This document shows, piece after piece, positions 10,444 through 17,818 of a DNA stretch of 46,457 nt. The notes under the pieces were generated by a model. That model ran no database searches. It saw only the letters and a list, made by a program, of their open reading frames with translations, and was not told the DNA's origin. A program made the translations under genes and the position numbers. Position 1 is the first letter of the stretch, and every line of letters begins with the position of its first letter. The stretch lies in NCBI GenBank assembly GCA_046318155.1, contig JBKCUU010000083.1, forward strand, positions 1 through 46,457, read 5' to 3'. Source of the DNA: Bdellovibrio sp. (GTDB lineage: Bacteria > Bdellovibrionota > Bdellovibrionia > Bdellovibrionales > Bdellovibrionaceae).

Positions 10444-11135
10444 TACAAATTCAGTTTCGGCAAGCGGACCGTGACAAAATAGCTATCCATTTGAAATCGA
10501 CTTGGCTGCGAATGAATCACCAGGGGAACTTCAAGACCACCCGTCGTCGGCGTCAACATGTCATGTTCGACATTTTCAGTACCGCCGGGATAAATTTTAT
10601 CAAGTCCAGAGGCCCAGGCATAATTGGCAAAATCGAAAAAGCGCGTGGTGACTTCGCGCGAAGGTGTTGTGATCACGATTTTCTGACTGATCCGCCATTG
10701 CCGAAACAATTCGGCATTGATCTCGAGTGACGGCGCACCGACAGCAGCATAAAACTGCACCTGGTAACCAGCAAACAACTCTTGCACACGCTTGGCGACC
10801 ACCGCGTTAAAGGGGTCAACGGCGACCTCGATCGAACACAAAAATTGCTGCGCTGGTTTAGCCATGCAGGTATAGCCTTCAGACTTGAGCCGCTCAAGCT
10901 TTGCGCGTTCAGCATCGCTGATCGCAACCACGATTTCAGAATGCCGGTGTCCCGAAATTTGGTACTGACCTTCGAAGGCAAAGGTGCCTTCATAAGGGGT
11001 CGGCGGTGTGGGCGGGAGCCTTTGTCCAGGATCACTTTGAGCCAGGGCCGGGCTGACTGACAAAACAGCTGACAGGACAACTGCCAGGACTACTGCCAAC
11101 AACGCCACCAGACGTCCGCAAGATTTGAATTTCAC
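10443..11135 (-). CDS. Exported hypothetical protein
   Basis: Strong SD AAGGAGG before the GTG. Signal peptide ending ALA-Q, Pro-rich linker, GYTC...FLC Cys pair. Confidence 0.75.
   Translation of the reverse strand: MKFKSCGRLVALLAVVLAVVLSAVLSVSPALAQSDPGQRLPPTPPTPYEGTFAFEGQYQISGHRHSEIVVAISDAERAKLERLKSEGYTCMAKPAQQFLCSIEVAVDPFNAVVAKRVQELFAGYQVQFYAAVGAPSLEINAELFRQWRISQKIVITTPSREVTTRFFDFANYAWASGLDKIYPGGTENVEHDMLTPTTGGLEVPLVIHSQPSRFQMDSYFVTVRLPKLNL
11052..11099 (-). repeat. Four imperfect 12-bp tandem repeats within the signal-peptide coding region
   Basis: TTGGCAGTAGTC CTGGCAGTTGTC CTGTCAGCTGTT TTGTCAGTCAGC, encoding LAVV LAVV LSAV LSVS. Confidence 0.6.
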
Positions 11136-11188
11136 TTAGATCCTCCTTCAAGCAAAGAGCTCAGACGACAACGGGGAAACAAAAGAAC

Positions 11189-11441
11189 GGGTTACAAAAG
11201 AGCCTTGCAACAAGACTTCCTAAAATCAAGTTTTTGTGACCCCAGACGCAGGAGGGCCATGCGCGCCGCCAAGACGCACGAATAAGGGTGCAATTGACAT
11301 GAACTGGCGTCAGGGCCCAAATCGGGTTCTTGCGGGCCCCAAAAGACCGTGGCGGCGTGCGGCTGAAGTTCTTGCCCACCCCAGGGTTCTCTCTCCTCGA
11401 CAAGCGGCCAGGTTTCAGCGACTCTTGAAAGAGGAGGACGC
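11189..11441 (+). promoter_or_regulatory. Putative structured 5' leader of tldDE with uORFs and an anti-SD hairpin
   Basis: Stem GGGTTACAAAAG (11189-11200)/TTTTTGTGACCC (11231-11242). uORF 11259-11285 with GGAGG. TCTCCTC (11392-11398) is complementary to the tldD SD GAGGAGG (11431-11437). Confidence 0.4.
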
Positions 11442-12845
11442 ATGAGCTTGCTCGCTAAATCTCTAATTGAAAAGACCCTCAATGAAGCCCTATCGACTGG
11501 TGCTGATTTTGCCGAACTCTTTGCCGAAGAATCCTATTCGAGCGTGCTCTCCGTGATGGATTCCAAACCTTTCTCGGCGCAAGTCGGCCGTCAATACGGC
11601 GCTGGCATTCGCGTGCACTTTGGTACCGAAGAAATTTACATGACGACCAATGACCTCTCGGAGCGAGGTCTGCTGAAAGCCGCGCAAACCGCGGCGGCCG
11701 CAAAACCCACCGGCACCCGCAAGGCCGCACCTGTTGTTTTAGGTGACGCGGCTCCCACCTCTTTTGATGGCTTTCATTCGTACGGCCAAATGCCATGGGA
11801 GATCGACCGCGACAACAAATTCAAGTTCTTAATGAATCTCGATCAGACCTCACGCAAGACGAGCGCGCTGGTCACGCAAACGCAGCCGCGCTTGATCGAA
11901 AAGGTCCAAAAAGTTTTGATTGCCAACTCTGAAGGACTGCTTGTCGAAGACCTGCGCCGTAATTTTAGAACGTTCATGGAAGTTTATGTTGAAGACCAAG
12001 GCAAAAAAGAAACCTATCACAAAAACGACTGGTCGACGACGAACCCACTTTTTTATGAGGCTCTAAGCGGCACTGACATGGCCGTGCAAACAACGCAAGC
12101 CGCCCTCACGCTGTTAAAAGCGGATTTTGCCCCTGCCGGCGAATTCCCGGTGGTGATTGACCAGGGCTTTGGCGGCGTGATTTTTCACGAAGCTTGCGGT
12201 CATGGGCTCGAGACAACCTCAGTCGCTCAGGAGGCCTCCGTTTTTTGCGGCAAACTCAATCAAAAAATTGCCGACTCTTGCGTGACGGCGATTGATGACG
12301 GCACGATCGAAGGTGGCTGGGGTTCGCAAGCTTACGACGACGAAGGACGCAGACCCGAGAAAACAACTTTGATCGAAAATGGAATTTTAAAATCTTACAT
12401 GGTCGACCGCTTGGGCGCTCAAAAAACGGGGTACTCCGTCACGGGCAGTGGCCGCCGTCAAAACTACAAGTACGCTCCCACCTCTCGCATGCGCAACACT
12501 TACATCGCCGCGGGCACCAGCACGCTTGAAGAAATGATTCGCGATGTGGATTTGGGCATTTACGCCAAAGACATGGGCGGCGGCTCGGTTTCACCTGGTA
12601 CTGGAGATTTTAACTTTGCGATCCAAGAGTCCTACATGATCCGCAATGGAAAACTAGCCGAACCCGTTAAAGGTGCTAGCCTCATCGGCCGCGGGATCGA
12701 AACATTGGGACGCATTTCGAAAGTGGGCAACAACTTGAAGCTGTCGGCGGGGATGTGTGGCTCGGTGAGCGGCAGTATCCCTGCGGCCGTGGGACAACCC
12801 GCCGTTTTGGTTTCTAAGATCTTGGTGGGGGGACGTGCTTCATGA
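11442..12845 (+). CDS. tldD: Metalloprotease TldD
   Basis: GADFAELFAE, HEACGHG zinc motif, YDDEG, GRRQNY..PTSRMRNT, GMCGS..GQP. SD GAGGAGG. Confidence 0.93.
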   Translation: MSLLAKSLIEKTLNEALSTGADFAELFAEESYSSVLSVMDSKPFSAQVGRQYGAGIRVHFGTEEIYMTTNDLSERGLLKAAQTAAAAKPTGTRKAAPVVLGDAAPTSFDGFHSYGQMPWEIDRDNKFKFLMNLDQTSRKTSALVTQTQPRLIEKVQKVLIANSEGLLVEDLRRNFRTFMEVYVEDQGKKETYHKNDWSTTNPLFYEALSGTDMAVQTTQAALTLLKADFAPAGEFPVVIDQGFGGVIFHEACGHGLETTSVAQEASVFCGKLNQKIADSCVTAIDDGTIEGGWGSQAYDDEGRRPEKTTLIENGILKSYMVDRLGAQKTGYSVTGSGRRQNYKYAPTSRMRNTYIAAGTSTLEEMIRDVDLGIYAKDMGGGSVSPGTGDFNFAIQESYMIRNGKLAEPVKGASLIGRGIETLGRISKVGNNLKLSAGMCGSVSGSIPAAVGQPAVLVSKILVGGRAS

Positions 12846-14206
12846 GGACAATGAATGAACTCCAAAGTGAATTTGAAGTCCTCGAGAAACTTGCAAAAAA
12901 AGAAGGCGCCGAGGTCGAGATGAGCGTCGGCCAAGCCGAGTCTTTTTCGGCTGGTTATCAGCAGCGCAAACTCAAAAAATACGCTTCGGACAATGCCGTC
13001 TCAGCGTCTTTCCGCGTTCTTTACGGCAAGGGTACCGGCGTTTCAACCACCGAAAAGATGGACGCCGAGGCCTTGAAACTCACGTTCAATGAAGCTCTGC
13101 AATCGGCAAAGGACCTGAGCAAATCAAAAACGGCCAAGGATCTTGAACCCGCTTTGCACTTTGGCTCGCAGCCCACGGATCTTCCTGGTTTGTTTCATAG
13201 TGATTACAGCGAAATTCCGATCAAGGATAAGTTGGTATGGGCCGAAGAGCTCGAAAAATCAGCATTAGATTTTGATACCCGGGTCACTAATGTGCCCTAC
13301 TCGGGCTATTCCAACTCGGCCAGCCAGCGTTTTCTTTTGAATAGCAAAGGGACGCGCCTCTCATCTCGCTCAAGTAGTTTGTCGGCCTACTCCTACGCTT
13401 TAGCAAAAGCCGACGAAGATTCAAAGGCGGGCTACATGGCATTTTTTTCTCGCATGCCGACTCAGCTTGATACAAAAAAAATTGCCCACAGTGCCGCGCA
13501 AAAATCATTAGCGATGCTAGGAGCGACTCAGCCCACGACCGGTCATTGGACCGTGGTCCTTTCAAATGAAGTTGCCTCTTCGCTTGTCGGTTTAGCCTTA
13601 AGTCACTTTTCGGCTAAGGCCTTGGATGAGAACACCTCACTTCTCAAAGATAAAAAAGGTACGCAAGTGTTTTCAAACTTGCTGACGTGGATGGATGATC
13701 CACTTTTGGCTCACCTGCCCGCTTCGCGCTCGTTTGATGCCGAAGGTGCGGCCGCTCAGCGAACTTCGCTGGTTGAAAACGGCGTCATGCAAAACTACCT
13801 GACCAATCTTTTTTACGCACGAAAGATGAACTTGCCTCACACCGCTTCGGCAGTGCGGGGGGCCGCCGAGATGGACATCTCGAGTAGCAACGTGATTGTG
13901 CAAAAAGGCAGGGCCTTGAGGGCCGATCTTTTGCGGGCCGACAAAAATGTGATCTTGATCACGGAAGTCGAAGCGATTCATTCGGGGTATAAAGAAGGCA
14001 CGGGGGATTTCTCTCTTCCGTCGGCAGGCTTTCTTTATCAAAATGGACAAATGCTAGGGCCCCTGCATCAGTTTGTTTTTTCAGGCAACCTGATGACTTT
14101 ACTCAAAGACGTCAGCGGAATTTCAAACGAATGGAACGACGACGGCTCGAGCGTGCTGGCTCCGGACTTGTTAATTCCGAATGTTTCAATCGCGGGCAAG
14201 AACTAG
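12842..14206 (+). CDS. pmbA: TldE/PmbA non-catalytic partner subunit
   Basis: Follows tldD with ATGA overlap. SRSFDAEG, TGDFSL, SGN, PDLLI..SIAG. No HExxxH. Confidence 0.88.
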   Translation: MRTMNELQSEFEVLEKLAKKEGAEVEMSVGQAESFSAGYQQRKLKKYASDNAVSASFRVLYGKGTGVSTTEKMDAEALKLTFNEALQSAKDLSKSKTAKDLEPALHFGSQPTDLPGLFHSDYSEIPIKDKLVWAEELEKSALDFDTRVTNVPYSGYSNSASQRFLLNSKGTRLSSRSSSLSAYSYALAKADEDSKAGYMAFFSRMPTQLDTKKIAHSAAQKSLAMLGATQPTTGHWTVVLSNEVASSLVGLALSHFSAKALDENTSLLKDKKGTQVFSNLLTWMDDPLLAHLPASRSFDAEGAAAQRTSLVENGVMQNYLTNLFYARKMNLPHTASAVRGAAEMDISSSNVIVQKGRALRADLLRADKNVILITEVEAIHSGYKEGTGDFSLPSAGFLYQNGQMLGPLHQFVFSGNLMTLLKDVSGISNEWNDDGSSVLAPDLLIPNVSIAGKN

Positions 14207-14220
14207 AGGCGTAAAGCGAT

Positions 14221-14296
14221 TGGTGATCTCACCCCGACTTGAACGGGGATCTACGGTTTAGGAAACCGTAGCTCTATCCAGTTGAGCTATGAGATC
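14221..14296 (-). tRNA. tRNA-Arg (anticodon CCT)
   Basis: Reverse complement GATCTCA TAGCTCAACTGGATAGAGC T ACGGT TTCCTAA ACCGT AGATC CCCGTTCAAGTCGGGG TGAGATC ACCA. 76-nt cloverleaf with encoded CCA. Confidence 0.96.
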
Positions 14297-14306
14297 GTCC
14301 AAGTAG

Positions 14307-14335
14307 AATATACTCACTATAAGCTCAGTTTGCAC
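14307..14335 (-). promoter_or_regulatory. Candidate sigma70 promoter of tRNA-Arg
   Basis: GTGCAA-N17-TATATT, 10 nt upstream of the tRNA 5' end. Confidence 0.55.
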
Positions 14336-14463
14336 TTGGAATTTTTCAAGAGCAAACCAGTCCAACCCTGAGGCCCAAAGGTTTGATTGGCATTTTTACC
14401 GAGCTGCTTGGCACACAAACTTTTGTCATTGTTCACCCTCCTGGAATCGAATAAGCCCTGGAT

Positions 14464-15414
14464 ATGATTTCAATCTTCATGTCCCTTTTCATGCTTCCAA
14501 ATCCCCTGGCTTCAGGTGCCATCTTTGGCCACGATGACAGACAAACAATTACGAGGGGCAGCGAAATGGCGTTTCAGGGAAGAGCCACCGCGATTGCCGT
14601 ACTCTCGGCGCTAATCACGCCCAACACCCAGAACCCCGACACGCTCGATCTAGAGACCTCGCCCATTAATCAGCTTCTTTGCCAAGATGAGCGCTTCGCC
14701 AACGAACCCAGTCTGTCGTACGCCTGCTCCGGATTTTTAATCGCGCCTGATCTTCTCGTCACCGCGGGGCACTGCATGGCCAACACGGGCGAAGTGCGCA
14801 ATGAGACACAAATGTACTGCGAAGCGTACAGCTGGCTTTTTGACTACCAACCTGATGGGAGCGGCAGAGTTCAAACCCAAGGCATAAAAAAAAGCCGACA
14901 CTATAAATGTAAACAAATCATCTTTGCCGTTAAAGATGAAAACTTCCCTTTGCGAGATTTTGCTCTCGTGCAGCTCGATCGCCCCGTCACCGACCGGGAG
15001 CCCGTGCGCCTTTCGTCAGTCACTCCTCAGGTTGGCGATAGCATCAGTATGATTGGCTATCCGTTGGGACTTCCGATGAAGCTGAGCCGAAACGCAAAAG
15101 TAGTCCACTCAGATGCCGATCGCCAAACGATTCTCACAAACTTGGATGCCTTTGAGGGCAACTCCGGCAGCGCCGTTTTCAATTCATCAAAAGAGGTCAT
15201 TGGAATATTAGTGGGCGGTACACCGATCACTAGCTTCGTTAACGACACGGTTCAACACTGCAAGCGCTACAACCGCTGCGACGACAACCGCCGCAACTGC
15301 CTTGTCCCCGAGGAATTCAGTGCGACTTACCCTGGATTTTTAGGAATAGGCTCTGAAGTTCAAAGGATCACTCCGATTTTTGAACTTCTTCAATCAAAAT
15401 CAATCAAAAAATAA
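14464..15414 (+). CDS. Trypsin-like (S1) serine protease, probably secreted
   Basis: CSGFL..TAGHC, RDFAL, GYPLG, GNSGS catalytic triad. IFGHDDR mature-start pattern. Many Cys. Confidence 0.88.
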   Translation: MISIFMSLFMLPNPLASGAIFGHDDRQTITRGSEMAFQGRATAIAVLSALITPNTQNPDTLDLETSPINQLLCQDERFANEPSLSYACSGFLIAPDLLVTAGHCMANTGEVRNETQMYCEAYSWLFDYQPDGSGRVQTQGIKKSRHYKCKQIIFAVKDENFPLRDFALVQLDRPVTDREPVRLSSVTPQVGDSISMIGYPLGLPMKLSRNAKVVHSDADRQTILTNLDAFEGNSGSAVFNSSKEVIGILVGGTPITSFVNDTVQHCKRYNRCDDNRRNCLVPEEFSATYPGFLGIGSEVQRITPIFELLQSKSIKK

Positions 15415-15455
15415 CGATCCCGAGACATCCCTAGGTGGATCGTCTAACTCACCAC

Positions 15456-16154
15456 CTAGGGGCAGCTCTTGCCCCAGGTGTTGGGAGTCGCATCACCAAT
15501 CCCCAAATGGAGCGACGAGCCTGAGTAATAACCAAGCGCTCGCATCTCGCCTTTTTTGCGCCACTGGCACAAAAGTTTGTGCGCTTTTTCTTGATCCGTT
15601 TTTGAACAGAACTGAACGTCAATCGAAGTTCCAGCCGGGTGTCGACCCGCAGCACCCCCAACGTTTTTATTATAGGGCTCAGGTCTCCACCAATTGTAGA
15701 TTTGGCACACTTTGATTCCCAATCCATTTAGGCGCTCAACCATACGCACACCTTGAGCAGCAAAGACCCAAGTGCTTTGATCCGGATGAATCAACTGGTG
15801 CAATTGCGAAGAACCGTAGGTACATCGAAACGTCGAAACACTGCTGGGATTTGGGCGGATCAACTGATTGCACCAGGGCGATCCGTTGGTCACGCTGCCG
15901 CAGTAATCTAAAAAGGCTTGCCGCTTTTGATTGCCAGCGTTCACTTGCGAAAGCTGACTTGAACTGGCTTTGGCGCAGGCTTTAACCTCGTACAAAAACT
16001 CTTCAAAAAATTCGACATCCCCATGCTCATGTTCATGCAAATCCTCTTGATGCTCCAAATTTGGCTCTTCAACGTCGCCGCCGACGCGAGCGCAAGAGGT
16101 CGTAAAGGCGAGTAAGGATACAAAGACAAGGGCGGTTTTATAAGATGCAGACAT
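15456..16154 (-). CDS. Lipoprotein with peptidase M15 (D-Ala-D-Ala carboxypeptidase/L,D-endopeptidase-type) domain
   Basis: Lipobox-like FTTS-C. WWRPEPYNKNVGGAAGRHPAGTSID...LH gives R, H-x6-D and H zinc ligands. SD AAGGAG. Confidence 0.75.
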   Translation of the reverse strand: MSASYKTALVFVSLLAFTTSCARVGGDVEEPNLEHQEDLHEHEHGDVEFFEEFLYEVKACAKASSSQLSQVNAGNQKRQAFLDYCGSVTNGSPWCNQLIRPNPSSVSTFRCTYGSSQLHQLIHPDQSTWVFAAQGVRMVERLNGLGIKVCQIYNWWRPEPYNKNVGGAAGRHPAGTSIDVQFCSKTDQEKAHKLLCQWRKKGEMRALGYYSGSSLHLGIGDATPNTWGKSCP

Positions 16155-16166
16155 GATGCCAAAGCT

Positions 16167-16189
16167 CCTTCCATGAGAGGCATGGAAGG
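16167..16189 (-). promoter_or_regulatory. 9-bp perfect hairpin overlapping the SD of the M15 peptidase gene
   Basis: Minus strand CCTTCCATG-CCTCT-CATGGAAGG(AG). The SD AAGGAG (16170-16165) lies partly in the 3' arm. Confidence 0.55.
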
Positions 16190-16287
16190 GATCGGCAGTT
16201 TAACATTTTTATTAAAGTCCGGTGCCTCGCCCCAAGTTCAGAACAATGCCGTAATGAGGTCGACTGAAGTCGTGAAACTAGGCAAGA

Positions 16288-17697
16288 TCAATCGTCTGAG
16301 TCCGCGTCATCTTCATCCATCGTACCCAGGTTGTATTTCTCAACCCGGTAGCGCATCGAACGGAAGGTAATGTTTAAAAGCTTTGAAGCGCGTTTTTTTA
16401 CGCCACCAGCTGTATGGATGGCTTTCACGAGCAGCTCTTTTTCGATCTGACCTAAAATTTTATCCAAATCAACCCCGTCCGTCGTGACTTCGATTTCATT
16501 CGAGGACGCCATCTTACGGCCTTGAGGCGTGTTCACAAACGGAGGTAAGCTTTCGGGTAAAATCGTGGCTCCGCCTTCAAGAGCAACAGTGCGCTCGATG
16601 ATGTTTTCGAGCTCGCGCACGTTCCCTGGGTAATCGTATTTCTTCAGACTTTCCATCGCTTCTAAAGAGATGCCTTGAACACTTTTACCTAGACGGTCGT
16701 TGTACTTCTTTAAGAAGTGATTCGCGAGCAAAGGAATATCCTCTTTGCGCTCACGCAATCCCGGCGTCTTGATATTAATGACGTTCAAACGGTAGTACAA
16801 ATCCTGACGGAAGCTGCCGTCTTTAACCATGTTTTCAAGATCACGGTTAGTGGCTGCGATAATGCGAACTTCGATTTTGATATCTTCGTTGGCACCCACG
16901 CGTCTGATGACTCGCTCCTGAATCGCGCGAAGTAATTTGACCTGAATCGTGAGCGGCAACTCTCCAACCTCATCTAAGAACAAGGTTCCGCCATCAGCCG
17001 TTTCGAACAGACCTGTCTTGTCACTCACGGCACTCGTGAAGGAACCTTTTTTGTGACCGAACATTTCGGATTCCATCAGTTGCTCAGGAATCGCTCCGCA
17101 GTTGATCGTCACAAAGGGTTTATCTTTTAAGGGACCGTTATAGTGAATCGCCTTGGCCACAACCTCTTTACCCGTTCCCGACTCACCGGTGATCAAGATA
17201 TTCGATGGTGCTTGTGACACTCGCTTGACGAGATCGAATACGCGGTGCATGGCATCCGAGTTTCCGACCATATTTTGAAACGAGTACTCTTTGGTCAGTT
17301 CTTTTTTTAGAACTTTATTCTCTACTTCCAAGTTGCGCGCGCGCAAAGCATTCGCCACATTGAGGCGAACTTCGTCGATTTTAAAAGGCTTGGTTAAATA
17401 ATCATAAGCACCCACCTTCATCGCTTCAACAGCCGACTCGGTTGTGCCAAAAGCTGTGATCATCATGAAGGTCAGATCAGGGTAGGATTCTTTAACGTGC
17501 TTTAAGAGTTCAATGCCTGTCATGTTGGGCATCTGCAAATCCGAAATTATCATGTCAAACGAGCGCTTGGCCAAAATATCTTTTGCTTTCGCGCCGTCCT
17601 CGGCACTCGTCACATCATAACCTTCTTTTTTAAGCATGATTTCGAGGAACTCGCGAATTGATTCTTCATCATCAACAACTAAAATCCGCGGCTTCAT
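16288..17697 (-). CDS. pilR: Sigma54-dependent response regulator PilR
   Basis: REC (VVDDE, SDLQMP), AAA+ (GESGTGKE, ESEMFGHKKGSFTSA, FLDEVG, FRQDLYYRL, PGNVRELEN), HTH with TFRSMRYR. Follows pilS. Confidence 0.88.
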   Translation of the reverse strand: MKPRILVVDDEESIREFLEIMLKKEGYDVTSAEDGAKAKDILAKRSFDMIISDLQMPNMTGIELLKHVKESYPDLTFMMITAFGTTESAVEAMKVGAYDYLTKPFKIDEVRLNVANALRARNLEVENKVLKKELTKEYSFQNMVGNSDAMHRVFDLVKRVSQAPSNILITGESGTGKEVVAKAIHYNGPLKDKPFVTINCGAIPEQLMESEMFGHKKGSFTSAVSDKTGLFETADGGTLFLDEVGELPLTIQVKLLRAIQERVIRRVGANEDIKIEVRIIAATNRDLENMVKDGSFRQDLYYRLNVINIKTPGLRERKEDIPLLANHFLKKYNDRLGKSVQGISLEAMESLKKYDYPGNVRELENIIERTVALEGGATILPESLPPFVNTPQGRKMASSNEIEVTTDGVDLDKILGQIEKELLVKAIHTAGGVKKRASKLLNITFRSMRYRVEKYNLGTMDEDDADSDD

Positions 17698-17771
17698 TTC
17701 GATCCTCCCGATCTACGGCTGCGCAATCGAGCGCGAGAACTGAAGTCTCGCCTAAATTGTCACTTTCATCT

Positions 17772-17800
17772 ATTGTCGAAAGAAAACCCTTTCGAATCAA
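17772..17800 (-). promoter_or_regulatory. Candidate internal sigma70 promoter for pilR with a palindromic spacer
   Basis: TTGATT-N17-GACAAT. Palindrome TCGAAAG-N6-CTTTCGA at 17776-17795. Confidence 0.4.
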
Positions 17801-17818
17801 TGCATTTCAGCGATGTAG

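Noticed and set aside
11161..11482. Minus-strand ORFs 11161-11403 and 11192-11482
   Set aside because: No SD or motifs; one overlaps the tldD start. The gene at 11135 has its own strong SD.
14221..14260. tRNA-Arg as an integration (att) site for an island
   Set aside because: No integrase and no repeat of the tRNA 3' end seen in the window. The flanking tldDE are housekeeping-type genes.
14409..14426. Possible sigma54 promoter (TTGGCAC) upstream of the S1 protease
   Set aside because: There is no TTGC/GC at the required -12 spacing.
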